Shown piece by piece: positions 47,670 to 56,200 of a stretch of DNA of 64,000 bases. Both the position numbers and the translations under genes were made by a program. Origin of the DNA: Candidatus Spongiisociaceae bacterium (GTDB lineage Bacteria > Actinomycetota > Acidimicrobiia > Spongiisociales > Spongiisociaceae); NCBI GenBank assembly GCA_965262915.1, contig OZ253564.1, positions 2,560,001 through 2,624,000 on the forward strand, in the 5' to 3' direction. Every line of letters begins with the position of its first letter. Position 1 is the first letter of the stretch. The notes below the pieces were generated by a model, which did no database searches, was not told the DNA's origin, and saw only the letters and a program-made list of their open reading frames with translations.

Positions 47670-49842
47670 TCATGTCGCGGTGGCGTCCACGGGTCGGAGC
47701 CCTCTGAAGAGGCCTTGGGGACGCAGCACGAGCGCCGCGACGAGAAGCACGAACGAAGCGACTACGGCCAGGTTGGTGCCGATGCGGGGAATGTAGATCG
47801 CCAGCCCGGCCTCGACCATGCCGAGCACCATGGCGCCACCCAGTGCCCCACGCACCGACCCCAGGCCTGCCATGGCGGTGATGGCAAAGGCCTTGAGGGT
47901 CAGCGGCGGGCCCTGGAAGGGTTGGACAGCCAGCACCGGGCTGATCAGGGCGCCTGCCACGCCGGTGATCCCGATGCAGATGGCGAAGGTCACCGCATAG
48001 ACCCTCGCGACATCGATGCCGACGATGCGAGCCGCCTCCCGGTTCTGGGCGGCCGCCCGGATGCTCTTGCCGAGTCGTGTCCGGGTCAGGAACATGCTGA
48101 GGCCCACGGCCATGACGAGTGCCACTATGAGGATCCAGAATCGGGTGACCGGTACCGTGACCTCGCCCGCGATAGGCCAAGCACCGTCAAGGCTGGTATC
48201 GGCGCGGCGGAAGTCAGCCGAGAACACCACCTTCATGACGTTCTGCAAGATGATCGCCACCGCGAACATCACCAGGAGGGAGACCAGATGCGAACGGTCG
48301 ATTACCCGGTTGATCAGGACGCGCTGTGTCGCATAGCCCAGGATCACCATCAATACGAACACCACCGGCACGGAGACGAACGGATCCACTCCCCAGAGGT
48401 CGTTGGCGAGCCAAGCCATGTAAGCGCCGATCATGACGAACTCGCCGTGGGCGAAGTTGATGACGCCCATCACACCCCAGATGATCGAGAACCCGAGGAC
48501 GAGGATCGTGTACATACCGCCGAGGGCGATGCCGTTGACCAGCATCTGTGCCATCCGCTGCGCCCCCGAGGGTGTTCCTCCCGGTCCCGGTCCGCCCAAG
48601 GGATAGCGGAGTTCGGACACCGCGGCCGCTGCGGGCGCCACTACCCGGACCTCGCCGTCCTGCACCTGCACTGTGCCCATCGGCTTCGCGGTGTTGACGC
48701 CTCGCTCATCGAAGGCGATCGGACCGTAGAACGTGTCCGCCTGCAGTGAGTAGAGGGCCTGGCGCACCGCGTCCGTTTCGGTTGTTCCGGCAGCCTCGAT
48801 GGCGATGTGCAAGGCCAGAGCGGAGGCGGTGGCGCTGGCCGCCTGGTAGACGGGCGGCTCACCCCAAAGTCTCTCGTAGTAGGCCGCATAGTCGGAGGCG
48901 CTTCCGAAGTAGGGCCCTTCATAGGCCATCACCGATTCCCACTGGGTGGGTCCCAGCACGCCTTCCACGTCCTCTCCCAGTTCCTCGATGAGCTTTTGGG
49001 TTGGACGGGCCGACCGTGATGAGCATCCCGCCGGGCGAGAACCCGAGTTCTTTGGCGGCGTTGACGAATAGCACCGCGTCGTTGTAATGGCCGCCGCCCA
49101 CGAACGCGTCGGGGTCCAGGTCGCGGAACTTGGTCATGATCGCCGAAGCGTCCTGGATGTCCTTGGGGTAGGTCTCGACGGCGAGTACCTCGATTCCGGC
49201 AGCCTCCAGATGACGACGGGCGCCGTTGGCTAGTGCCGTGGGGAAGGACGTGTCCTCGTAGGCGATCACGGCGGTGCGCGCTCCCCGGGCCGCAAGAGCC
49301 TCTACGCCCGACTTGGTGTAGTCACTGGCGATGGTGGCCACCAGGAAGAGGTTTCGGAAGCCGCGCTCGAACATGGTGTCGGAGGTTCCGTTCCCCTCCA
49401 CCATGATGACGTTGTTGGCCTCGGCTATGGCGCTCGCGCCGGTGGTGAGGCCGCTCGAGTAGGGGCCCAGCAGGAAGTCGACATTGTCCTCGTCGATGAG
49501 TTTCTGAACGAGGTTGGCGGCGGTGTCGGCGTCGGACTCGTCGTTGTAGTAGACGATCTCGACGGCGAAGCGGCGCCCGTCGATCTGGATGCCCCCGTAC
49601 TCCTCGTTCACCCGCGTCACCCAGGTGTCGTAGCCCTGGCGTGAGTCACGGCCCTCGACCGCGAACTTGCCGGTTTCGCTGAGAGCAGCCCCGAACCGGA
49701 TCGTGCCCGCGCGACCCTCGCCGGTGGCTACGTCCGGAGGGTCGCCGCTCGTGTCGGCGCTTCCGTCCTGCCCACCTCCGCACGCCAGCATCAACGCCAG
49801 ACCCGCCGCCAGCGTCGTCAGCTTCAAGATTGGTTTGCGCAC
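47670..49842 (-). pseudogene. Frameshifted LivJ/K-type substrate-binding lipoprotein fused to LivH permease
   Basis: SBP ORF (lipobox LMLAC, LGPYSSG) shifts at the A4 run 48994-48997 into the frame encoding the SBP C-terminus plus LivH (GVINFAHGE, LGKSIRAAAQN). Confidence 0.75.
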
Positions 49843-50098
49843 AGAGGCCTGCTCTTGATTGCAACACCGGGAGTTTTCGAAACTGATGCGAGGATAGTTG
49901 CCGGTCTTACAGCGAGACATCCCGGCTTCCAAGCGTCGGATCAGCCGACCCCTTGCCTGTTTGTCGTCTCGATGGAGGGCCGGCGCGGCGCGACAGGCCA
50001 GGACCGCTTTCGAGGACGTGTGTGTGTGCGTCAATGGGGATGCGGCCAGGTGGACGGTTTCTTGAGGAGTGTTCCGTCAGTGCGGCTAGAGGGGTTCG

Positions 50099-50205
50099 CC
50101 AGGAGGGTGGTGCGAACCTCCTTCACGGCCCGTCGACCGATGACATAATGCCTGTTCAGAGGAAGACGGGCTGTTGCTCCCCAGCGTTCTAGACCGCCCT
50201 CCTAT
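50099..50205 (-). mobile_element. 107-bp MITE, family B, reverse copy
   Basis: Reverse complement of 17547-17653; overlaps the TAG stop of the DUF3179 gene. Confidence 0.85.
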
Positions 50206-51788
50206 AGCCCCTCTGAACTCCAGAGCCGGGTCTGCGGATGAAACTGGCTCCACGCGAACCAGAAAGCCTCATGAGCAGGAATCTCGGTGCCGTCGGGTCC
50301 CCATGCCCGGAGGCCGCCTCCGTCCTGCGTAACCGTTATGCCTTCCAACTCGACCGAGCCACCGGCCTCCAGGGTTGTGTGTGCCGTGGCCACATGGAAG
50401 GCGACGACGGTCGGCTGCGGTTCCCCGTCGAACAGCACCCCCAGTACCTTCGCCTGCACGGGCAGTCGCTCATCAAGATCCCCTATCGGGAAGATGGGCC
50501 CGTAGTCGTCCCGGTCCCCTAGTGGGTTCTCCGGGTAGGACCTGCCGATCCCGCCATCCATCGCCACTATGAGAGTGTGCGGGTTGGCCTCCGTCCACTC
50601 GCCCCAGCGGGAGGTCACCATGGTGGTCTGGGGCAACCGGACACCGGCTTCCCGAAGAGGTCCGCTCACCGCCTGGCCGGTGAAGGTATCGAACATGGAG
50701 CGGGTATGGAACTCGTACATCATCTTGTTGGAGCGCGACAGGAGCCCGGAGGTGCGCAGCTCGAATGTGTCGGCGCCGCCCAACAACCCGCGGACAGAGT
50801 CCGGCACGTCGTCGGTGAAGTACGCCTGGGCGGATCCGCACAGGGTGCAATAGGGGATGCCGAGCCGGCGGCCCCCGATCGTGATGTTCACCATCTCGTG
50901 GACTTCCATCATGTTTTTGGGAAAGGCGACCGCCTCCCCGTTGACGCTCACCGCGAACACGAAGCTGTCGTCCGGGTAATAGCCGCCTTCCGAAGCAGGT
51001 ACGAGCCGTGGATCGTTGAGCGCCGGAATGCAGCCCCGAGGGCATGGCAGGTGCACCGCGTCGAGCGGGCGATCATCGATGCGCACTCCGCCCCATGTGA
51101 CGTGGCGCCAGTCTATGAGCGAGTCCTCGTCGGCGAAGAACGGTAGCCAACCGGGCTCGACCAGCGTATACATTGCGCCCTTCCATTTGGCGAACCCGGG
51201 CGGGGCGGGCGTATCCCATTCCATGAGCTTGTTGCTGGCGTCTCGCCATGCCTCGGAACCGGGAGCGATCTCGACCACGGTGAGGTCGATGAAGGCAGAC
51301 CGGAGGCCCGATTCCTCTGGATGGAAGAATCGCATCAGATCCGCGATCACCCATGCCACTCGTAGGTCGCCGGACCGGCTGAGTCGCGTGATCGCCTCTG
51401 TGTCGAGCCCGGTTGTCAACGACTGCAACACCGCTTCCAGGTCGGCCGCCACTCCGGCCGGCGGAGATTCTTGAGGGGAGGGCGCCGCACCGTCCCCGCT
51501 CGCGTCGGCGTCGGGTGATGTGGCCGGGGCGGTGGTCTGCTCGGGGGGTTCATCGGGAGTGGTCTCGGTTGGCTCCGCAGCGGTCTGCTCTGTGGTGGCC
51601 GGCGTCGGGTCGCTTGCGTTCTCGCCGACTGGCATCTCCGTGTCGACCGACGATGGGTCATCTGTATCCCGCGGGCCGGCGGAGATCGCTACAACGACAG
51701 CCGCGGCCGCCGCGGTAAGGATCAAGCCGACGATCAGGACCCTGCGGCGATAGGCCGGGTCGCGGCTCTCTTCAGAGGGGTCGGTCAT
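50202..51788 (-). CDS. DUF3179 domain membrane-anchored protein
   Basis: N-terminal TM, IPALNDP, HEMVN, YCTLCGS, TSGLL.RSNK.MY, FWFAW..FHP. Confidence 0.85.
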   Translation of the reverse strand: MTDPSEESRDPAYRRRVLIVGLILTAAAAAVVVAISAGPRDTDDPSSVDTEMPVGENASDPTPATTEQTAAEPTETTPDEPPEQTTAPATSPDADASGDGAAPSPQESPPAGVAADLEAVLQSLTTGLDTEAITRLSRSGDLRVAWVIADLMRFFHPEESGLRSAFIDLTVVEIAPGSEAWRDASNKLMEWDTPAPPGFAKWKGAMYTLVEPGWLPFFADEDSLIDWRHVTWGGVRIDDRPLDAVHLPCPRGCIPALNDPRLVPASEGGYYPDDSFVFAVSVNGEAVAFPKNMMEVHEMVNITIGGRRLGIPYCTLCGSAQAYFTDDVPDSVRGLLGGADTFELRTSGLLSRSNKMMYEFHTRSMFDTFTGQAVSGPLREAGVRLPQTTMVTSRWGEWTEANPHTLIVAMDGGIGRSYPENPLGDRDDYGPIFPIGDLDERLPVQAKVLGVLFDGEPQPTVVAFHVATAHTTLEAGGSVELEGITVTQDGGGLRAWGPDGTEIPAHEAFWFAWSQFHPQTRLWSSEGL

Positions 51789-51835
51789 GCGGTGCTTCGC
51801 CGACTGACCACCAGGCGTCGGCTGCGATCATGGGG

Positions 51836-52075
51836 TCAGCGGCCGAGCAGTATGGCGAGGCTGATCGTCGTGAGCCCGAAGAGCACCGCCACGATCACAG
51901 TGATCCGGTCGAGATTGCGCTCGGCCAGGGTGGATCCGCCCATCCCGCCGGCCTGCATACCCCCACCGAACATGTCTCCCAGCCCACCCTTGCCCGAGTG
52001 CAGCAGGATGAGGAAGATCAGGGCGACGGCCATGATCAGATGGACGATGGTGAGGATTGCGGTAGCGATGGTCAT
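51836..52075 (-). CDS. secG: Preprotein translocase subunit SecG
   Basis: ILLHSGKGGLGDMFGGG, AERNLDRIT; position downstream of tpiA. Confidence 0.93.
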   Translation of the reverse strand: MTIATAILTIVHLIMAVALIFLILLHSGKGGLGDMFGGGMQAGGMGGSTLAERNLDRITVIVAVLFGLTTISLAILLGR

Positions 52076-52107
52076 GGAGTAGTCCCTAGTTTGGTAGTTT
52101 GTAGTTG

Positions 52108-52461
52108 CTAGCAACTAAGCGGTCGCTTGAGGCCGGTCAGCATCCTACCAACCTCGTCGGCGCAGACCAGGACATCGTTAATCTGCTCGTCCTCGGCCAT
52201 TCCCAGGCGGACCGCCAAGATCAGAAAGGTTTCCGTCTCTGCAAGCGATCCGCTCGCAATTCCTAGAAACTGCAGGAACTCTCTGGTGCCTCGGCGCGCC
52301 GCTCCCTCAGCGATGTTCGCCGCGATCGCGCAGGCAGACCGCCGCACTTGCCCCCTCATGCCGTATTTTTCCGAAGGCGGGAACTCGGCCGAGAGCCGAT
52401 AGACCATCTCGGCCAGCTCGAGCGACTTCCGCCAAACTTCCAAATCCTGATAACTACCCAT
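52108..52461 (-). CDS. Four helix bundle protein (23S IVS protein/Avd-like family)
   Basis: YQDLEVW, FP..EKYG...Q.RRS...I..NIAEG, GSLAE. Confidence 0.92.
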   Translation of the reverse strand: MGSYQDLEVWRKSLELAEMVYRLSAEFPPSEKYGMRGQVRRSACAIAANIAEGAARRGTREFLQFLGIASGSLAETETFLILAVRLGMAEDEQINDVLVCADEVGRMLTGLKRPLSC

Positions 52462-52494
52462 GACTAAAACTCTAGTCCCTATAAGATATTAAAT

Positions 52495-52550
52495 ACTGCT
52501 AACTAGCAACTAGCAACTAGCAACTAGCACCTGACACCTGACACCTGGCC
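52495..52550. repeat. Heptamer tract (CTAGCAA)n then (CACCTGA)n
   Basis: Read directly upstream of the four helix bundle gene. Confidence 0.85.
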
Positions 52551-52551
52551 A

Positions 52552-53292
52552 CTAGCCCGCCTGAGCGGCTACCGCCGCAGCAGCCGCCTCCGCTGCGGCC
52601 TGGTCGCCCAGGTAGCGGTCGGACACGTAGCGGAATTCGGAGTCCAGTTCCACGACCAGAGGGATGCCGGTCGGGATGTTGAGCCGGGTGATGTCCTCTT
52701 CGCTGATCCGCTTCAGGTACTTGAGGAGAGCGCGGATGCTGTTGCCATGGGCCACCACCAGGATGCGCAACCCGGCTCGCAGGTCGGGAACGATTCCCTG
52801 CTCCCAATAGGGCACCGCACGCGTCACGACATCCGCAAGGCATTCGCTCGCCGGTAGCTGATCGGCTGACACCGACGCGTACCGGGCATCGAAGCGGGGA
52901 TGGTGCGGATCCTCCCGGTCGAGCGGCGGAGGCGGGATGGAGTAACTCCTCCGCCACCGGAACACCTGCTCCGCACCGTGGATGGCGGCGGTCTCCTTCT
53001 TGTCCAAGCCCTGCAGCGCCCCGTAGTGCCGCTCGTTGATGCGCCAACTCCGGCGTACCGGTATCCAGTGCAGGTCCATGCGGTCCAAGGTGATGTTGGC
53101 GGTGCCGATTGCCCGCCTGAGCACCGAGGTGTGCACGACGTCGAAGGACATGTCCTCGGACGCCATCAGATCGGCGGCCGTCCTGGCCTCGCCCGCCCCG
53201 GCCTCGGTCAGCGGCACGTCTGTCCATCCCGTGAAACGGTTCTCGAGGTTCCAGATACTCTGGCCGTGACGCACCATCACCAGCCTGCTCAA
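52552..53292 (-). CDS. gpmA: 2,3-bisphosphoglycerate-dependent phosphoglycerate mutase
   Basis: RHGQS.WN.ENRFTGW, NERHYGALQG, AHGNSIR, NIPTG. Confidence 0.96.
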   Translation of the reverse strand: MSRLVMVRHGQSIWNLENRFTGWTDVPLTEAGAGEARTAADLMASEDMSFDVVHTSVLRRAIGTANITLDRMDLHWIPVRRSWRINERHYGALQGLDKKETAAIHGAEQVFRWRRSYSIPPPPLDREDPHHPRFDARYASVSADQLPASECLADVVTRAVPYWEQGIVPDLRAGLRILVVAHGNSIRALLKYLKRISEEDITRLNIPTGIPLVVELDSEFRYVSDRYLGDQAAAEAAAAAVAAQAG

Positions 53293-53323
53293 GCGTTCAC
53301 TCCTTCCAGGTGTCGACAGGAGT

Positions 53324-54100
53324 CTATTTCCAGTAACGAACGCAAGCCGCGAACGTGTCCGGATCGAGCGAGGCCCCTCCGATCAGGCCCCCGTCGATGT
53401 CCCGCTTCGCCAGCAGTGCGGCCACGTTACCCGGGTTGATCGACCCCCCATAGAGGATGCGGACGCGGTCGGCGGCGGGGCCATGGCGCGCCCGGATCTG
53501 TTCCCGTATGCCGGCGATGGTCTCCTGCGCATCAGCCGGAGCGGCGTGGCGGCCCGTCCCGATGGCCCACACCGGTTCGTAGGCGATCACCAGCGCTGCC
53601 ACAGCGTCGGAAGGGATCCGGGCCAGGGAACCGGCCACCTGCCGGCGCAGGACCTGCCGGGTGTCCCCTGCCTCCCGCTCGTCGAGGGTCTCCCCCACGG
53701 CCACGATGGGCGTGACCCCGGCCGCCAGCGCGGCCTTGGCCTTCCGGTTGACGACCCGGTCGTCCTCCCCGAAGTAGCGGCGGCGTTCCGAATGGCCGAC
53801 TATCGCGTACGACGCCGACAGCTTGGCGAGCATTCGGGCCGATATCTCCCCGGTGTAGGCGCCTCGTTCTGCCCAGTGCAGGTTCTGGGCGACGATCCTG
53901 ATCCGCAGGTCATCCATCTGGATCACCGTCTGGACCGAGCGCAGCGAGGTGAACGGAGGCGCCACGCCCACATCCACCCGGTCGTAGTCAGCCGGGTCCA
54001 GCCGGTAGCTGAGCTTCTGGATCCGCTGGATGGCCTCCAGATGGGAGCCGTGCATCTTCCAGTTGCCGACCATCAGAGGCTTGCGCTTCACAGTGCCCAT
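53324..54100 (-). CDS. tpiA: Triosephosphate isomerase
   Basis: GNWKM, GHSERR, AYEPVWAIGTG, LYGGS, GGASL. Confidence 0.97.
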   Translation of the reverse strand: MGTVKRKPLMVGNWKMHGSHLEAIQRIQKLSYRLDPADYDRVDVGVAPPFTSLRSVQTVIQMDDLRIRIVAQNLHWAERGAYTGEISARMLAKLSASYAIVGHSERRRYFGEDDRVVNRKAKAALAAGVTPIVAVGETLDEREAGDTRQVLRRQVAGSLARIPSDAVAALVIAYEPVWAIGTGRHAAPADAQETIAGIREQIRARHGPAADRVRILYGGSINPGNVAALLAKRDIDGGLIGGASLDPDTFAACVRYWK

Positions 54101-55272
54101 CTCCCCAGAGCCTCTACTCCCGGCAGGGTCCGGCCCTCCAGCAGCTCGAGACCAGCGCCGCCCCCGGTGGACAGGTGGGTGAGGTCGCCTTCTCTACTCA
54201 GCAGCCGTAGCGCGGCCACCGAGTCACCCCCTCCCGCCACGATGAAAGCGTCCGAGGTGGCCACGGCAGCCGCCACCGAGGCGGTCCCGGAGCGGAAGGA
54301 CTCCCATTCGAACACACCCATCGGACCGTTCCAGAACACCGCCTTCGACCCGGCGATCACGTTACCGAACAGCTCAGCGGTGCGAGGGCCTATGTCCAGT
54401 CCTGCCAGGTCGTTCTCCATGGCCGTCACATCCAGGATGGTGGCGGGGGCATCCGGCGCGAAGCGGTCGGCCACCACCACATCGACCGGCAGCAAGATCC
54501 GGTCGCCCGCCTCACCCCGCAGCATCTCACCCAGAGGATCGAGGAAATCCGGCTCGACCAGGGAGTTCCCCACTTCGTATCCCTCGGCTGCCAGGAGGCT
54601 GAAGCACATACCACCCCCGACCAGCATCGCATCCACCCGCGGTAGGAGAGCCCGGATGAGCGGCAGCTTGTCCGATATCTTGGCTCCGCCCAGCAGCACC
54701 GTGAAAGGTCGGGGCGGGTCGTCCATCAGGACCCTGAACGCCTCCAACTCGCGGACCAGCAGGGGTCCGGCCGCCGACCTCAGGTGGGTGGCCACCCCGG
54801 TGGTCGAGGCATGGGCGCGGTGGGCGGATCCGAAGGCGTCGAGTACGAACACGTCTCCCCAACGAGCCAGCGACGTTGCGTATCCAGGGTCGTTGGTGGT
54901 CTCGCCCGGATGGAACCGGGTGTTCTCCAACACGATCACTTCTCCGGGAAGGGCGGACTCGACCAGGCGGCCGACGTCCGGTCCGACCGTGTCGCGGGCG
55001 GCGGTAACCGGGAAACCACCGATCTCCGCCAGAGCGGCGGCCACCGGCGCCATGCGGAGGTCTTCGTCGACCCGTCCTCCCGGGCGTCCCAGATGGCTGC
55101 AAACGACGACGACCGCGCCCGAGTTCCGCAGGAGTTCTACGGTCGGGAGGGTGGCTCGCAGGCGGAAGTCGTCGGCCACCGCCCGCTCGGCGAGGGGCAC
55201 GTTCAGGTCGGACCGCAGCAGCACCCGGAGGCCTTCCAGTTCCATGTCGGCCAGGGTCAGGAACGGTTGCAT
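54088..55272 (-). CDS. pgk: Phosphoglycerate kinase
   Basis: DLNVP, SHLGRP, LENTRF, HRAHAS, WNGPMGVFE, GGGDS, STGGGA. Confidence 0.96.
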   Translation of the reverse strand: MQPFLTLADMELEGLRVLLRSDLNVPLAERAVADDFRLRATLPTVELLRNSGAVVVVCSHLGRPGGRVDEDLRMAPVAAALAEIGGFPVTAARDTVGPDVGRLVESALPGEVIVLENTRFHPGETTNDPGYATSLARWGDVFVLDAFGSAHRAHASTTGVATHLRSAAGPLLVRELEAFRVLMDDPPRPFTVLLGGAKISDKLPLIRALLPRVDAMLVGGGMCFSLLAAEGYEVGNSLVEPDFLDPLGEMLRGEAGDRILLPVDVVVADRFAPDAPATILDVTAMENDLAGLDIGPRTAELFGNVIAGSKAVFWNGPMGVFEWESFRSGTASVAAAVATSDAFIVAGGGDSVAALRLLSREGDLTHLSTGGGAGLELLEGRTLPGVEALGRWAL

Positions 55273-55306
55273 GCGCGCTCCCCGTCCGTCGGGAGCCGGA
55301 AAACCC

Positions 55307-56200
55307 TCACCCGTCCACATCCCGGTGCCGGACCGTAGCGTGGTATCCCTGCCCGGCCAGCCAGCTTCCCAGCTCTTCGGCCATGGCAACCGATCGATGG
55401 CGCCCACCCGTACATCCGATACCGATGCTCACGTAGGACTTGCCCTCCTCCCGGTAGCGGGGAACCAGGAATGAAAGCAGGTCGCGCACCCGGTCGAGGA
55501 AACCCTCGGCGTCTTCGTGGGTGAGCACGTGGCGGCGGACCGGCTCGTCCCGGCCTGTCAGCGGGCGCAGATCGGGGATCCAATGCGGGTTGGGCAGGAA
55601 TCGTACGTCGAACATCAGGTCGACGTCCCGGGGGGTACCGTTCTTGAACCCGAACGACATCACCGCCAGGCGCATCGGATGCAGATCGACCAGGGCGGAT
55701 AGGTGGTGGGCGAACCAGCTGCGCAGTTGGTGGACATTGGTCTCGCTCGTGTTCACGTACATGTCTGCCCGCAGGCGCAGGTCGGCCATCATCTCCCGCT
55801 CGACGCTTATGGATTCGGCAAGGGTTTCCAGGCCGAGGGGATGCGGCCTCCGGTGTTCCTCGTAGCGACGGATCAGGGCATCGTCGTCGGCGTCGAGGAA
55901 CACGAGGGTCACTTGGATGCTGGCCTGCTCGAGTTCCTGGATGTGGGTCTCGAGTTCGGATAGAGGGAATCCTCCCCGGCTGTCCAGTACGACTGCCAGG
56001 TGGCGGCTGCCGGCCCGCAGATCGTTGAGGTCGACCGCCCGGCGCAGCAGTTCCGGCGGGAGGTTGTCGATCACGTAGAAGTCGAGATCCTCGAGGACCT
56101 TGGCCCCGGTCGATCGCCCGGCGCCCGACAGACCGGTCAGCACCAGCAACCGGGGGCCGTCTCCGGTGGATGGTCCCGCCGGGGTTTCAGGCTGTGCCAT
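55307..56200 (-). CDS. rapZ: RNase adapter RapZ (YvcJ)
   Basis: GLSGAGRS, IDNLP, SFGFK, DVRFLPNP, GCTGGRHRS. Confidence 0.95.
   Translation of the reverse strand: MAQPETPAGPSTGDGPRLLVLTGLSGAGRSTGAKVLEDLDFYVIDNLPPELLRRAVDLNDLRAGSRHLAVVLDSRGGFPLSELETHIQELEQASIQVTLVFLDADDDALIRRYEEHRRPHPLGLETLAESISVEREMMADLRLRADMYVNTSETNVHQLRSWFAHHLSALVDLHPMRLAVMSFGFKNGTPRDVDLMFDVRFLPNPHWIPDLRPLTGRDEPVRRHVLTHEDAEGFLDRVRDLLSFLVPRYREEGKSYVSIGIGCTGGRHRSVAMAEELGSWLAGQGYHATVRHRDVDG

Noticed and set aside
52108-52461. Diversity-generating retroelement
   Set aside because: Avd-like fold only; no reverse transcriptase or TR/VR pair seen.
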